A DNA stretch of 64,000 nucleotides from Chiloscyllium plagiosum (taxonomy: Eukaryota), in NCBI RefSeq assembly GCF_004010195.1, contig NC_057749.1, positions 24,884,979-24,948,978 on the forward strand. Direction: 5' to 3'. A program made the translations under genes and the position numbers. This document shows, one piece after another, positions 48,515 to 60,814 of the stretch. The notes beneath the pieces were generated by a model, which was not told the DNA's origin, did not search any database, and saw only the letters and a program-made list of their open reading frames with translations. How positions within the stretch are numbered: the stretch's first letter is position 1; every line of letters begins with the position of its first letter.

Positions 48515-51256
48515 TCATAGAATCCCTACAGTGTGGAAAACAGGCCATTCAGTCCATCAAGTCCACACTGACCCTCCCCCATCCCATATTTTCCATGGCT
48601 AATCCACCTAGCCTGCACAGCCTTGGAGCCCACGGACTGCTTATTGTGGCAAATCTGCCTGATCTGCACAACTTTGGACTATGGGAGGAAACTGGAGCAC
48701 CTAGAGGGGACTCACACAGACACAGGGAGAATGTGAAAACTCAGACAGTCACCCGAGGATGGAATCATACCCAGATCCCCAGGAGCTGTGAGGCAGCAGT
48801 GCTGAACACTGAGCCACCGTGCCACCCAATCTTTGAGAAAGTACTATTCTTCTCAATGTACTTATTGATTCCTTTTACTATAAAGCAGTTTTAAATCTGT
48901 AACATTTCAATACTGCTTTTAATCTGCTGTTCTTTCAGCTTTGTATTGTTGCATTCATCAATACTGTTTGAAGTTCTGTTGCTGTAGAAATTATTAGACT
49001 CTGTATGCCAGTGATGTTACATTAATTTCTCTTTTCTTTTTTTAAACTCTTCAATTTCTTCAATCGTGACTTAAATTATGTAATAATGCTGTTCTGTCAT
49101 GACTTATAGCTTTCAAGCTTTTACATTTTGGCTTTTATTCTGCAACACTGTATCTCTGTTCTGCTTACTGTGTTTCTTGCCTGTTTTTAACATTGAAAAT
49201 AGTGGCTTCCTTCCTTTATCAGGGTTTTCCCCCATCTGTAGCCAAATTCAAAATCACACAACGCGAGGTTCTAGACCAACAGGTTTAATTGGAAGCACTA
49301 GCCTTCAAAAGCGCTACTCCTTCATCAGGTGGTCGTGGAGTACTCCTAGTGTTGTGTGATTTTTGACTTTGTACTACCCAGTCCAACACTGACATCTGCA
49401 ATTCGTGTAGCCAAATTGGAATTAAATTCCTTTCCCACGAGCAAAATGGATATATTTTGGCCTTTCACTGCTCAAAGCATAACGACTGTGTTGGATAGAT
49501 AGAATCCCTCAGTGTGGAAGCAGGCCATTCGGCCCATCAAGTCCACATCCTTTCCCTGTAACCCTGCATTCCCCATGGCTAACCCACCTAGCCTGCACAT
49601 CCCTGGACACTATGGGCAAATTAGCATGACCAATCCACTCTAACCTGTGTGTCTTTGGACTGTCGGAGGAAACCCACACAGACACAGGGAAAAAGTGCAA
49701 AATCCATACCTGAGGGTGAAATCGAACCTGGGTCCCTGGCGCTGTGAGGCAGCAGTGTTAATCACTGAGCCACTGTGCCACCTCATTGCACAATTTTTAA
49801 AAATAATTCCCTCCGGCTACACGCTTTAAAAAGTCTCCTGCCAAAATCACAGTTTGATTACTGAGTCCCAGTCCTTTTAAATTCAAATTATTTTTGAATT
49901 TTCTTCTTCTTTTCACAGACCCCTACAGTGTGGAAACAGGCCCATTTGGCTCGACAAGTCCACACTGACCTTCTGAAGAGTAAACCACCCAGACCCATTC
50001 TCCTACCCTATTACTTTACATTTACCCCTGACGAAGGCACCTAACCTATACATCCCCGAACACTATGGGGCAATTTAGCATGGCCAATTCACCTAACCTG
50101 CACGTCTTTGGACTGTAGGAGGAAACCCACGCAGAAACAAGGAGAAGGTGCAAAATCCACACCAAACCTGCATATCTTTGGATTGTGGGAGGAAACCAGA
50201 GCACCTGGGGAGAAAGTGCAAACTCCACACAGTCACCCAAGGCTGGAATTGAACCTGGGTCCCTGGCACTGTGAGGAAGCAGTGCTAACCACTGAGCCAC
50301 CATGCCACTCTTCTGCTAGGCTCTTTGCCTAATTTTTTTTCTACATTTGCTCTTCTCCACCTGAAATAAATACTGAGATCTTCCTGATCTTCTTTGGCAT
50401 AAATTACTTTTCTGGCCTGATCACTGTCCCTTGTAGCTATGCTTTGCATAATTTATTTTCAATGGCATTGACGGTAGTTTTGAGAGGTAACATCATTTCT
50501 GTGTTTTTCCTATCTTCCTTGTCTGGACCTTTGAGCCATTTTAAAATGTAAAAAATCTTTCCTTTAGGAATCTCTAATTTAGAAATCTCCGGACCTTTTA
50601 TTTGCTCCATACAGGATGGTCTTCTCCAAAAGTCCTTACTCACACAGTTTTCCCTGTACCTCTTGCTAGCTCTGAGGTGAAGGTAGTTTTCCCAGATTAT
50701 TTCTTTCAGCTTTTCCCATGAGTGCTCGCGGCTGTCAAGTGCTTCATGTTTCAGCTTTTGAGTTTCCATGACTTCTTAAAGTGATTATACTCTTAAAATG
50801 GTATCTTCGTGTTTTCAAAAAAGTATTTATTTCAATTCTTTTGGAATTCTATTTCCACCCTTGGGGATGTCGACATGAAATTCAGTCCTACACGATAATA
50901 TTTGCCCCTGTTGTCAGTACTACGCTGGGATATTCTAACATGGTGACTCAGTGGTTAGCACTGATGCCGCACAGCTATAGGGACCCCACGTTTGATTCCA
51001 GCCTCGGGCGATTGTCTGTATGGAGTTTGTACATTCTCTGCGTGGGTTTCCTCCCACTGTCCAAAGGTATGCAAGTTAGGTGAATTGGCCATGCTAAATT
51101 GCCCATCGTGTTCAGACATGTGTAGGTTAGGTGCATTCATCATGGGCAAATGTAGAGTAATAGGGTAGGGGGAATGGGTCTGGGTGGGTGACTCTTCGGA
51201 GGGCCAGTGTGGACTTGTTGGGCCAAAGGGCCTGTTTCCACACTGTAGGAATTCTA
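48515..51256. mobile_element. Cluster of HE1 SINEs (48515-48828 -, 49497-49762 -, 49920-50308 -, 50938-51256 +)
   Basis: HE1 heads, V-domains and tails. Confidence 0.85.
49249..49405. mobile_element. PLE family-B fold-back unit
   Basis: TSD tgtagccaaatt at 49237-49248 and 49406-49417. Confidence 0.75.
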
Positions 51257-52029
51257 TATTAGGGACATTTAAGCAACTGCTGGACAAGCACATGGATGGC
51301 AGTAAATTGAGGGATGTGTAGGTTAGATTGATCTTAGATTAACTTAAATGCTTGGCACAACATCGTGGGCTGAAAGGCCTTTACTGTTCTATGTTTGAGG
51401 TAGTTCATGTCACCAATCCTCGTTGTTGACACTGTGTCTAGGGCTTTGTCTAATGATCAATGGTGGAGGTTAGACCATTGGTGAGTCCACATAGAGCAGT
51501 GTTTTTCTTAAATCAACAAATGGCTTATTATATGTTCGCAAGGAGCACATTAGTAGCCAGGCATAGTTGTTAAGGAACAAGCACAGAATATGCTTGAGAA
51601 ACTTAACAGTTCTAAACACTTCTGAAGAAGAGTCACACTGAACTCAAAATGATGCTGCCCAGACCGATTTAGTTTCTCCAGCGTGCTTTGTGTTTATTTC
51701 AGATCTGTTCAGGATGCTTGGGAAGCTGTACAGACTACACATACTTCCTTCTGATATGTAAGCTTTACCCAACTGTCTCTATCCTGAGTTATCAGGACAT
51801 TCCTGATTATGCCCAAACATTGATTCTCCTGCTCCTCGGATGCTGCCTGACCTGCTGTGCTTTCCCAGTGCAAAACTTTTTGATTCTGATCTCCAGCATA
51901 TGCAGTCCTCACTTTCTCCTCTTTCCTAAGTTAGTATGGTATCATCAGATTAGTATCTTTGGCATTAACTACTTCAGAACCACTGACTTAAACAACACGG
52001 GTTTCTTTTGATAAGCAAAATTCTCCTAT

Positions 52030-52245
52030 GTATCAGTTTTGTTATTCACAAAGTTTGTTAGTTGGACAAGGCTAGAATTGGCCTTTCTAATGTGTGCGAT
52101 AAGATCGTCATCAAGAGATAGATCATCCATCAATGTACGTCCGAGATAGCAGCATTTTCTGGATGTTTCTGCCAGTACCTTGTTGCATCTGATCACAAAC
52201 AACATCCTGTTCCTTATCAACACCTTTGATGGTGATGGAGAACCT
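52030..52245 (-). mobile_element. Old RTE-clade LINE remnant
   Basis: CYLGRTLMDDLSLDDDLIAHIRKA resembles the RTE 'F.YLGS.L....D.EI..RI.KA' motif. Confidence 0.55.
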
Positions 52246-52262
52246 GTCATAGACATGGGAGT

Positions 52263-52400
52263 CTGGATCAGTGGTGCTGGAAGAGCACAGCAATTCAGGC
52301 AGCATCCGACGAGCAGCAAAATGCTGCCTGAATTGCTGTGCTTTTCCAGCACCACTGATCCAGAATCTGGTTTCCAGCATCTGCAGTTATTGTTTTTACC
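52263..52400. mobile_element. PLE family-A fold-back unit lacking the ribozyme core
   Basis: TSD tcatagacatgggagt at 52247-52262 and 52401-52416. Confidence 0.85.
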
Positions 52401-52785
52401 TCATAGACATGGGAGTGGTGATCCTTGAGCATTCAGAGCTCATTTTCATCTGGACAACTGAATTTGCATTCAGACGTTGTCTTGGCTTTGAGTCTTGGAA
52501 GCTTAATGATCTACCTTCATTGTCTAAGAAGGACCTATCCATTACTGCCTTAAAAAAATTCAAGGATACCGCCTCTATTGTCTTCTGAGGCACCAATTTC
52601 CAGAGTAGTACAATTCTCTGAGGAAAACTTATTCTCCTCATTTCTGTCTTGAAAGGGTGACTCCTAATTTCGAAACCGTGTCCCCTAGTTCTGGACTCAC
52701 CCGCAAACAGGAAATATCCTTTCCCACGTCCACCTTGTTGAGACCATTTATGATCTTATACATTCAGTCAAGTCACCCACCTTGT

Positions 52786-53091
52786 GGGCGGCACGGTGGC
52801 ACAGTGGTTAGCACTGCTGCCTCACAGCGCCTGAGACCCGGGTTCATTTCCCGCCTCAGGCGACTGACTGTGTGGAGTTTGCACGTTCTCCCCGTGTCTG
52901 CGTGGGTTTCCTCCGGGTGCTCCGGTTTCCTCCCACAGTCCAAAGATGTGCAGGTCAGGTGAATTGGCCATGCTAAATTGCCCGTAGTGTTAGGTAAGGG
53001 GTTAATGTAGGGGTATGGGTGGGTTGCGCTTCAGCGGGGCGGTGTGGACTTGTTGGGCCGAAGGGCCTGTTTCCACACTGTAATGTAATGT
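52786..53091 (+). mobile_element. HE1 SINE, young (CpG-rich)
   Basis: Complete head, V-domain and (taatg)n tail. Confidence 0.93.
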
Positions 53092-53231
53092 AAAAAAAAA
53101 ATCTTCTAAACACCAGCAAACGACTTTGGAAAACAGATTTGAATGGAGGTGGGCTGCGCAAATGAAAATAGTCACAAAACACAGTGGAAGGAAAGATTGC
53201 ACTTATATGACTCCTTTTGTGTCTTTTTTTA

Positions 53232-53655
53232 AAATTCATTGCATGTGGACATCATTGGCTTAACCAACATTCATTGTCCATCCCTAATTGCCCAGAGGGC
53301 AGTTAAGAGTCAACTACATTGCTGTGGGTCTGGAGGGTGGACCGGGTAAGGACGGCAGTTTCCTTCCCAAAAGGACATTAGTGACCCAGATATTTTTTTC
53401 CCGACAATGGATTCACGCTCACCATTAGACTCTTAGTTCGAGACTTATTTTTGTTTCAAATTCAAACTTCACCAACTGCCATGGTGGGTTTGAACCCAGG
53501 TCCCCAGAACACTCCCTGGATCGCTGGATTAATAGACCTGCTGTGCTTTTCCAGCACCACACTCTCGACTCTGATCTCCAGCATTTGCAGTCCTCACTTT
53601 CTCCTCGCTGAATTAATAGTCCAGCAATAACACCACTCGGCCATCACCTCCCTAT
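53232..53655 (-). mobile_element. SINE family-2 with a 69-bp PLE 3'-end insert (53536-53604)
   Basis: TSD tcgctgRattaatag at 53521-53535 and 53605-53619. Confidence 0.75.
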
Positions 53656-54612
53656 GTCTTGCTGTCTTGCACGCATAGCAAGCGATCTGAGTCAAGTCCG
53701 ACTGAGGCAGCTGACACTACATTCAATGCTCTTTAGGTTACAGAGGAAAATTACCTTTGTAAAGGTGACTTGTCTGTGGAGAAATGAATAAGTTTGCCAC
53801 CCTGGCAACTCACCAGCAGCACAGTTCAGTAACCTGGATGTAGAGGTCAGTAGGCCTTTTAGGATTATCCATCCATTTGAATGGGTCACCAATTACCTGT
53901 GTGACCACACAACAACATACATCTATAAAACACCTTCATTGCAACAAAACACCCCAAGGTATTATCTAGGAATATGTTAGACATTGAGCTACATAATAAG
54001 ACAAGGAACCAAAAGCTTGGTCAAAGAGGTCAGTTTTACAGAGCAGCTTTTAATGTGTGTGATAAGAACGTCTCATTGAGAGGGTGATTGTATCTGTCAA
54101 AATGGCTGCCCTTGGTGACTTCATCAAATTTTGTTGAACTGTTGATGGAAAATAATGTTTGACATATTGAACCAGATTTTACTTGGATTTAAAAAGCAAT
54201 TTTGTAGATGCAGTTCAGAAAAGACTGTTAATTTACACAGCATATTGAATAGTCACAAAAGTGGCTTCATCCTGGTTAATTCCTGCAGCTGCCACTGTGC
54301 CCACATTCTAATGTCACAAACACTGGTGAAGCCACTTTACATTATGAAATGCTGCTCAGCTTACTAACTGAGTGTGCGTGAGCTGTGATTGGTGCTGGGA
54401 AGTATTAGGACAATATAAGGCCTCTGAACATAAACTAACACTGCTGTTCCTAAGATCCCTACTTCCCATGGTCTCCCTCTCTACTCCATAACAGGGTACG
54501 GTCATCACTCTCAGCTACCTCCCTAAATAACACTGTTCCCATTCAATCCAATGCCTTTCAAACCCTACAACTCTTCACTCATTTCGGCCATCTGAAAAAG
54601 CTCTAATCATAT

Positions 54613-54808
54613 TGTAGCTGGGTGAACCTCATAGAATATGCGTTCCCTGATTGGGGCTGTTAACCTGGGAATCCTGGCTGACAGATATAAACAGGAGTCT
54701 CAGGGGATCTGTTCACTCTCAGAGCTGGCTCTGAGGGAGCCAGACCAGTGTCAAGTACAGAGCATGTGTGAATAAAGGGTAACTTGGCCTCTATGGATTT
54801 ATTTCACA
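54613..54808 (+). mobile_element. Short solo LTR-like element
   Basis: TGTAG start, gatataaa, aataaa, ends ttatttca; related to 890-1113. Confidence 0.5.
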
Positions 54809-55403
54809 TAACACTTTCAAAGCTCCTTACAAAAGATAACAGGCTAAGACTCTCAATGTGAGCTTCTCCAGGTATCAGTGGGTACTTTGTAATTGGATAA
54901 AGCGCCATGACCCAGAACACTGATTCTAACTTTATTACCTGGGACTGCAGGACTGTAACCAGTGCTTTGGGAATCACTTCCCATCTGTTTGTAATTTAGA
55001 GCTTGACTTATCCAGTCAATATAAAAGGTGATCCTGTTTTTATGAACCTAAAAGATCTCAGCTGCGACACATATGGTTATCACATTTACCTCCGCGCCTG
55101 GCCTCTTTCTTAAAGTAGGAAAATCGCTGCTATTTCTCAAGTGTCAAGGTCAGTCAAGGGATGGTTGTAACCACTGGGATATTTCAGTTTCCAAATCGAT
55201 GGCACGCAACACCTCAAGTTGTGACCTCTGGGACATCCCATCTGGAGTGTAGCAAACTCAGACTGAGGAAACTTGTATCGAGGCAATTATTATCCATACA
55301 CTGAAGGTCACAACTCCCTGGGCTAGATTCGCCCTTCCATGAAAACCAATAACATTGACCTTGAGCCTTTTGACTTCAGTTGGAGCAATACCCCAAAGTA
55401 TTT

Positions 55404-55752
55404 GGAGAGGTGATGGCCTAGTGGTATTATGATTGGATTATTAACCCAGAGGCCCAGGTAATACTTTAGGAGCCTGGGTTCGAATCCTGCCACAGCAGAA
55501 TTTGAATCCAACAAAAATCTGGAATTAAGGGTCTAATCTGGAATTAAGGGTCCACTGTGCATTGTTGGAAAAACCCACTTGGTTCACTCATGTCCTTTAA
55601 AGCAGGAAGCTGCCATCCTTACCTGGTCTGGCCTACATGTGACTCCAGACCCACAGCAATGTTGTTGAGTTTTAGCCCCCCTCTGGGATAATTAGAGATG
55701 GGCAATAAATCCTGATCTAGGCAGTGACACCCTCATCCAACGAATAAAGAAA
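55404..55752 (+). mobile_element. SINE family-2, full length
   Basis: A-box tggcctagtgg, B-box ggttcgaatcc, family core and tail. Confidence 0.8.
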
Positions 55753-56186
55753 AATTTAGCTTGGATCAACCTTGAATTGGTGAATAGTGTTTGAGAATCT
55801 TTGGGATTGGCTAATTGGCGGAAAGTGAGCTAATGCGAAATGGGATGCAGTGTTCGTACAGTGCACACATCTAAAAGTTTGCTTTTAGCCCGCAGTTTTG
55901 GGGATAATTGATAAAAATGTTGACAGCCGGCTCTGGGTGATTACTTGAATATAAAGAATGTGCAGGGATGTGGGGAGGAGTTAGGAGATTGGCATGAGAC
56001 AGTGAAGGACCAAATGGTCTCATTTTGCTCTGTAACAATTCTGTGAATCTGTGATTTAATTGCATCTGGAAGCACTCAAACAAACAAGATTGGCATTCAG
56101 CAACTAGTTTTTTTTCAGATCAGTAGCCTTACATCCATTGAAGGTTTGGCGGGTTCAAGCTGATACATAGCAACCCAATGCTATGT

Positions 56187-56473
56187 ATTAGCACTGCTGC
56201 CTCACGGCGCCAGAGACCCGGGTTCAATTCCCGCCTCAGGCGACTGACTGTGTGGAGTTTGCACGTTCTCCCTGTGTTTTCGTGGGTTTCCTCCTGGTGC
56301 TCCGGTTTCCTCCCACAGTCCAAAAATGTGCAGGTCAGGTGAATTGGCCATGCTAAATTGCCCGTAGTGTTAGGTGTAGGGGAATGGGACTGGGTGGGTT
56401 GCTCTTCGGAGGGTCGGTGTGGACTTGTTGGGCCAAAGGGCCTGTTTCCACACTGTAAGTAACCTAATCTAAT
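56187..56473 (+). mobile_element. HE1 SINE
   Basis: Slightly 5'-truncated HE1. Confidence 0.9.
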
Positions 56474-56644
56474 TACAGGATTGGCTCAGTGTCCAAGGGA
56501 GATGGTGTGGATCCCTGGACATGGCACTCGATGTACAGAGCAGGAAGTTCCAGGGAAGAGAACTGTTTGAAATTCCTTAGCCTCCTGCTCCTCTGTCCCA
56601 GCTTGCTCGGCCAGATCTGCTACCTTACTCCTATCCCTCTAGAG

Positions 56645-57050
56645 GTTTTTTTATTCATTCACAGGATGAGGGTGTCGCTGGCTAGGTTAGCATTTATTAC
56701 CCATCCCTAATTGCCCAGATGGCAGATAAGAGTCAACCACAATGCTGTGGGTCTGGAGTCACATGTAGGTCAGACCAGGTAAGGATGGCAATTTCCTTCC
56801 CTAAAGGGCATTAGTGACCCCGATGGGCTTTTCTGACAATTGATTCCAGATTTTTATTGAATTCAAATTTCACCATCTGCCATGGCAGGATTTGAAACTG
56901 GGTCTCCGATGAAGAGTCGTCTAAACTTAAAATGTTAGCTTGTTTTCTCTCTCTATGGATGCTGCCTGACCTGCTGTGATCTCCAGCATGTTTTGTTTTA
57001 CCCACAACGTTACCTGGGTCTCTGGATTAACAGTCCAATGATAATACCTC
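56645..57050 (-). mobile_element. SINE family-2 containing a PLE family-D fragment (~56907-57000)
   Basis: Reverse-complement family core; gatgaagagtcgtctaaactt..ttagcttg. Confidence 0.7.
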
Positions 57051-57150
57051 TCCCTGAGTTGCAGCAATACAGGACATTGGTTCGGCCACTTTTGGAATAC
57101 TGCTTTCAGTTCTGGTCTTCTTGCTATAGGAAACATGTTGTTAAACCTGA

Positions 57151-57365
57151 TTTGGAGATGCCAGAGTTGGACTGGGGTGTACAAAGTTAAAAATCACACA
57201 ACACCAGGTTATAGTCCAACAGGTTTAGTTGGAAACACTAGCTTTCGGAGCACAGCTCCTTCATCAGGTAGTTTGTCACAATCACCTGATGAAGGAATGG
57301 CGCTCCGAAAGCTAGTGCTTCCAATTAAACCTGTTGGACTATAACCTGGTGCTGTGCAATTTTTA
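57151..57365. mobile_element. PLE family-B fold-back unit with two opposed hammerhead cores
   Basis: Minus core 57239-57267 CUGAUGA A GGAGC-UGU-GCUCC GAAA GCUA; plus core 57286-57314; TSD atgYtgttaaacctga at 57135-57150 and 57366-57381. Confidence 0.85.
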
Positions 57366-57756
57366 ATGCTGTTAAACCTGAAGGGGTTAAGAAAGCACTC
57401 ACAAGGATGTTGCTGGGGTTGGGGGGTTTGAGTTATAGGGAGAGGCTAAATAGGCTGGGGCTGTTTTCTTTGGAGCTTTGGATATTGACAGATGACCTTT
57501 CAGAGGTTTATAAGATCATGAGGGGTATGGATAGAGTGAATAGCCGAGGTCTTTTTTCCAGAGTAGGGGGGTCTAAAACTAGAGGGCATAGGCTTTGGGG
57601 TGAGAGGGAAAAGATTTAACAGGGACTTAAGAGGCAACGTTTTCACACAGAGGTTGTTGGAATGAGCTGCCAGAGGAAGTGGAGGAGGCTGATACAATTA
57701 CAGCATTTAAAAGGCATCTGGATGGATATTTGAATGGGAAAGGTTTAGAGGGATAT

Positions 57757-58805
57757 TGTCGCAAAGTTAGTCCCCTTTTGTTTCTAAAAGCTGTTCCTTG
57801 GCTCCAAGGAGACTCTGTCCTTGATTTTTTTCAGAGGGGTAATAAGCCAGGCTGGACTCCAATCAGTCTGGTTTAGTACAGAGGTGAAAAGGATTTTGAG
57901 AAGCCTTTTGTTCATATGTAAACAGATGAGACTTCGGGCCAAAGTGGTCATGTTTTAGATGTGACCTGTATAATAAAAGGGGAGTGGTCAACTCTTTAGC
58001 TGGGCTGAGCAGTTTAGTTCAGTCTTGAACTGGGAAGTTCAACAGGGAGCTGTGTGGGAACTCTCGCTCTCTCTTTTCTGCCCTTCAGCTTTGACCTGTA
58101 AGCACGTGCTCCATTCATACTGGTTTTTAAAGGGAGTTTGCTTATTGGGACTGTTGTGTATATTCAGATAAGCATAATTAAGTCTAGTTGGACAGGTTGA
58201 GTTCTGTAAGTGTTCTTTATTCTGTTCTTTGTGTTTCATTGTGTAATTTTATGAATAAAGTTTTGTCTGTTTTAAACTCTATTAGTCAACCTAGCTAACT
58301 TACTCTGAGTAATTTTCACTGTACGCTTACCGAAACAAATTGCAAAGTTATGATCTGGGGCTGCCTGCTTAAGAATGTTTTGACTGGTCTGGCTTAGACC
58401 ATAACAGATTGAGGGCTCGTCCGGGATTTTAAACAGCGAGTGGTCGGTGTTAGTCTCTTTATTTTGGGTGTTGGTTTGGTTAGGAAGACAAATCTTGGGA
58501 TAGTATTGGCTCTTTCAGTCACCAAAAGTTTTCTGGATGTGGACGTGGTGACTTTGGAAGTTTTGCAACAGGCAAATAAGACCAAGAATTAGCCTAGAAG
58601 CTAGAATTGGAACTGCCTGGTTCTGTGAGGAAAAGAGAGATAATCACAGTAGCAGCTCAGCATTTAAACTTGCCGGAGAAACCATCAGAATTATTACAGA
58701 TGGCAAGAATTCAATTACAGATGAAGCAGCTTGAGTTGGAGGCAAGTTATGGTCTGGGGCTGCTTGCTTAAGAATGTTTTGAGTGGTCTGGTCTAGTCCA
58801 TAACA
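57757..58805 (+). mobile_element. Internally deleted Gypsy-type LTR retrotransposon
   Basis: 5' LTR 57757-58406 (TG..CA), PBS 58410-58427, gag-like remnant ~58506-58745, 3' LTR remnant 58742-58805, TSD ATAT. Confidence 0.85.
58410..58427 (+). promoter_or_regulatory. tRNA-Pro primer-binding site
   Basis: tgagggctcgtccgggat is 17/18 to TGGGGGCTCGTCCGGGAT, 3 nt after the LTR end. Confidence 0.85.
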
Positions 58806-59898
58806 ATATGGACCAAATGCTGGCAAATGGGACTAGATTGAGTTGGGATATCTGATTGGAATGGACGAGTAGGACCAAAGAGTCTGCTTCCATGCTTAGA
58901 TTAGATTCCCTCCAGTGTGGACACAGGCCCTTCAGCCCAACAAGTCCACACTGACCCTCGGAAGAGAAACCCACCCAAACCCATTTTCCCTCTGACTAAT
59001 GCAACTAACAGTATGAGCAATTTAGCATGGCCAATTCACCTGACCTGCACACCTTTGGATTGTGGGAGGAAACTGGAGCACCCAGTGGAAACCTACACAG
59101 AGAGAATGTGCAAACATCACACAGACAGGCGGGAATCGAACACAGGACCCTGGTGCTGTGAGGCAGCAGTGCTAACCACTGAGCCACTGTGCCGCCATAA
59201 CTGTACATCTCTATGATTCTATGACCAAGGGTAACCCCTAGGAAGAAGCTCTCCCTTTCTCATGGTGTATTGTATAAAGTCTCTAATATGTTAGCACAAT
59301 GCCCACTTTTTTTTAATCAAAAATTTCAGAGAGTTTCTGGAATTACTGTTGATAGAGCTCAGGTGAAGTGTCCCCAAAAGATCGTTGAGGTGTCTCAGTC
59401 TTTGTTCAGATGCCCAGCCGTAATGAAACAGTGAAAGCCTGAGTAAACAGTCCTGGACAATACAGAGCTGTTGCAATGTCAAGGGAGGCCATTCAGCCCA
59501 TCGGGTTTCGCGGGCTCTCTGAATGGGACATCTCGCGTGGCCCCATTCTCAAGCTTCCTCAGTGGAGCCTTCTTTTTCAAATAGTGGTCAAACTCCCCCT
59601 TGGATGCGTCAATTGAAGCTGCCTCCACCATACTCCTATTCCAGTGCCTAATAGTTTCTCCTCATCTCATTTTGGTCTCTTTTATTAATTATTTTAAACC
59701 TGTCGTTCTGGATCCTTCATACAAGTGGAAATGTTTTTTTCCTACCTAGTCTGTCCAGACGTGTTACGAATTTGAATACTTCAATCAGATGTCCTTTGGC
59801 GTTCTCGTCTCCAAGGACACCATTCTACTTTTGCAACCAAAATTCATCCCCTCTGGGACCATTCACATTAACCTCCCTGTCCTGCCTGCACTGCCTTC

Positions 59899-60814
59899 TG
59901 TTATGGATCAGATCAGACCAGACCCCCTCAAAAGTATTTTAAGAAAGTAGATCATATTCTAACTTATTATTAATTTAAAGGCAAATGTGGGCGGCACGGT
60001 GGCACAGTGGTTAGCACGGGGGGATACTACTAAGGTGAGGGGAGAAAGTTTTAAAAAGGACATGAGGGGCAAGGTTTTTACACAGAGAGTGGTTCGTGTG
60101 TGGAATGAAATGCTACAGGGAATGATGGATGCTGATGCAGTGGCAATATTTAAAAGACATTTGGATAAGCGCATGAATAGGAAAAGTTTAGAGGGATATG
60201 GGCAAAACACAGCCAAATGGGACTGGTTTAGCTTGAGATTATGGTCAGCGTGGACTAGTTGGATAGAAGAGGCTGCTTCCAAGGTGTATGACTTGTCAAA
60301 CTATATCAAAATATCGTTTATTCAACACTATAGTTAACATACAACAAAAGAAAAATGAACTTAGAATAACAATTCTGTTAGAAAACTTAACAGAATAATA
60401 GATACTGTAACTATTACTAATTAACTATTCCAATATAGTAACATCCCATAAACACATCCCTTGGGCAAAAAGACAAATTCAGAAATCAGATTTTATTCAC
60501 ATGCAATGCCAGCAGTAGGAAGAGAAACCCCAGTGTCTAGCTGTAACTGAGCGAGGGGGAAAAGATCATTTCTACTTCTTCAAAGTTCCAGCCGCTTCTG
60601 CTGAATTAAAAGCTGAAAAAAAGACTAGAAATCCTGGTTTGTGGAGCTGGACCACACCCATCCAGGCTGCTTCTATTGTTCCAATTTAAGGAAAGCCCCA
60701 AGGCCTCGCAAGCTGCTTACATTACCACAGACCGCTCAGCGCCCCTCATTCAATCTCTCTCTTAAAAGAAACCAGGACCAAATGCACCTCTTGAAAGCCA
60801 CACCAGCCTCAACA
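59899..60814 (-). mobile_element. Solo Gypsy-type LTR with an inserted HE1-head/CR1-tail segment (~59988-60295)
   Basis: tgttatgga..accagaccccctcaaaa is the reverse complement of the family LTR 3' end; flanks cttc/tttc. Confidence 0.65.

Larger units (their letters stand above)
57066..59225 (+). mobile_element. CR1/HER1 3' fragment hosting a PLE hairpin, an LTR element and an HE1 SINE (58896-59197, minus)
   Basis: YRTLVRPLLEYCFQFWS..LGLFSLE; host resumes at 57366, 58806 and ~59200. Confidence 0.85.
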
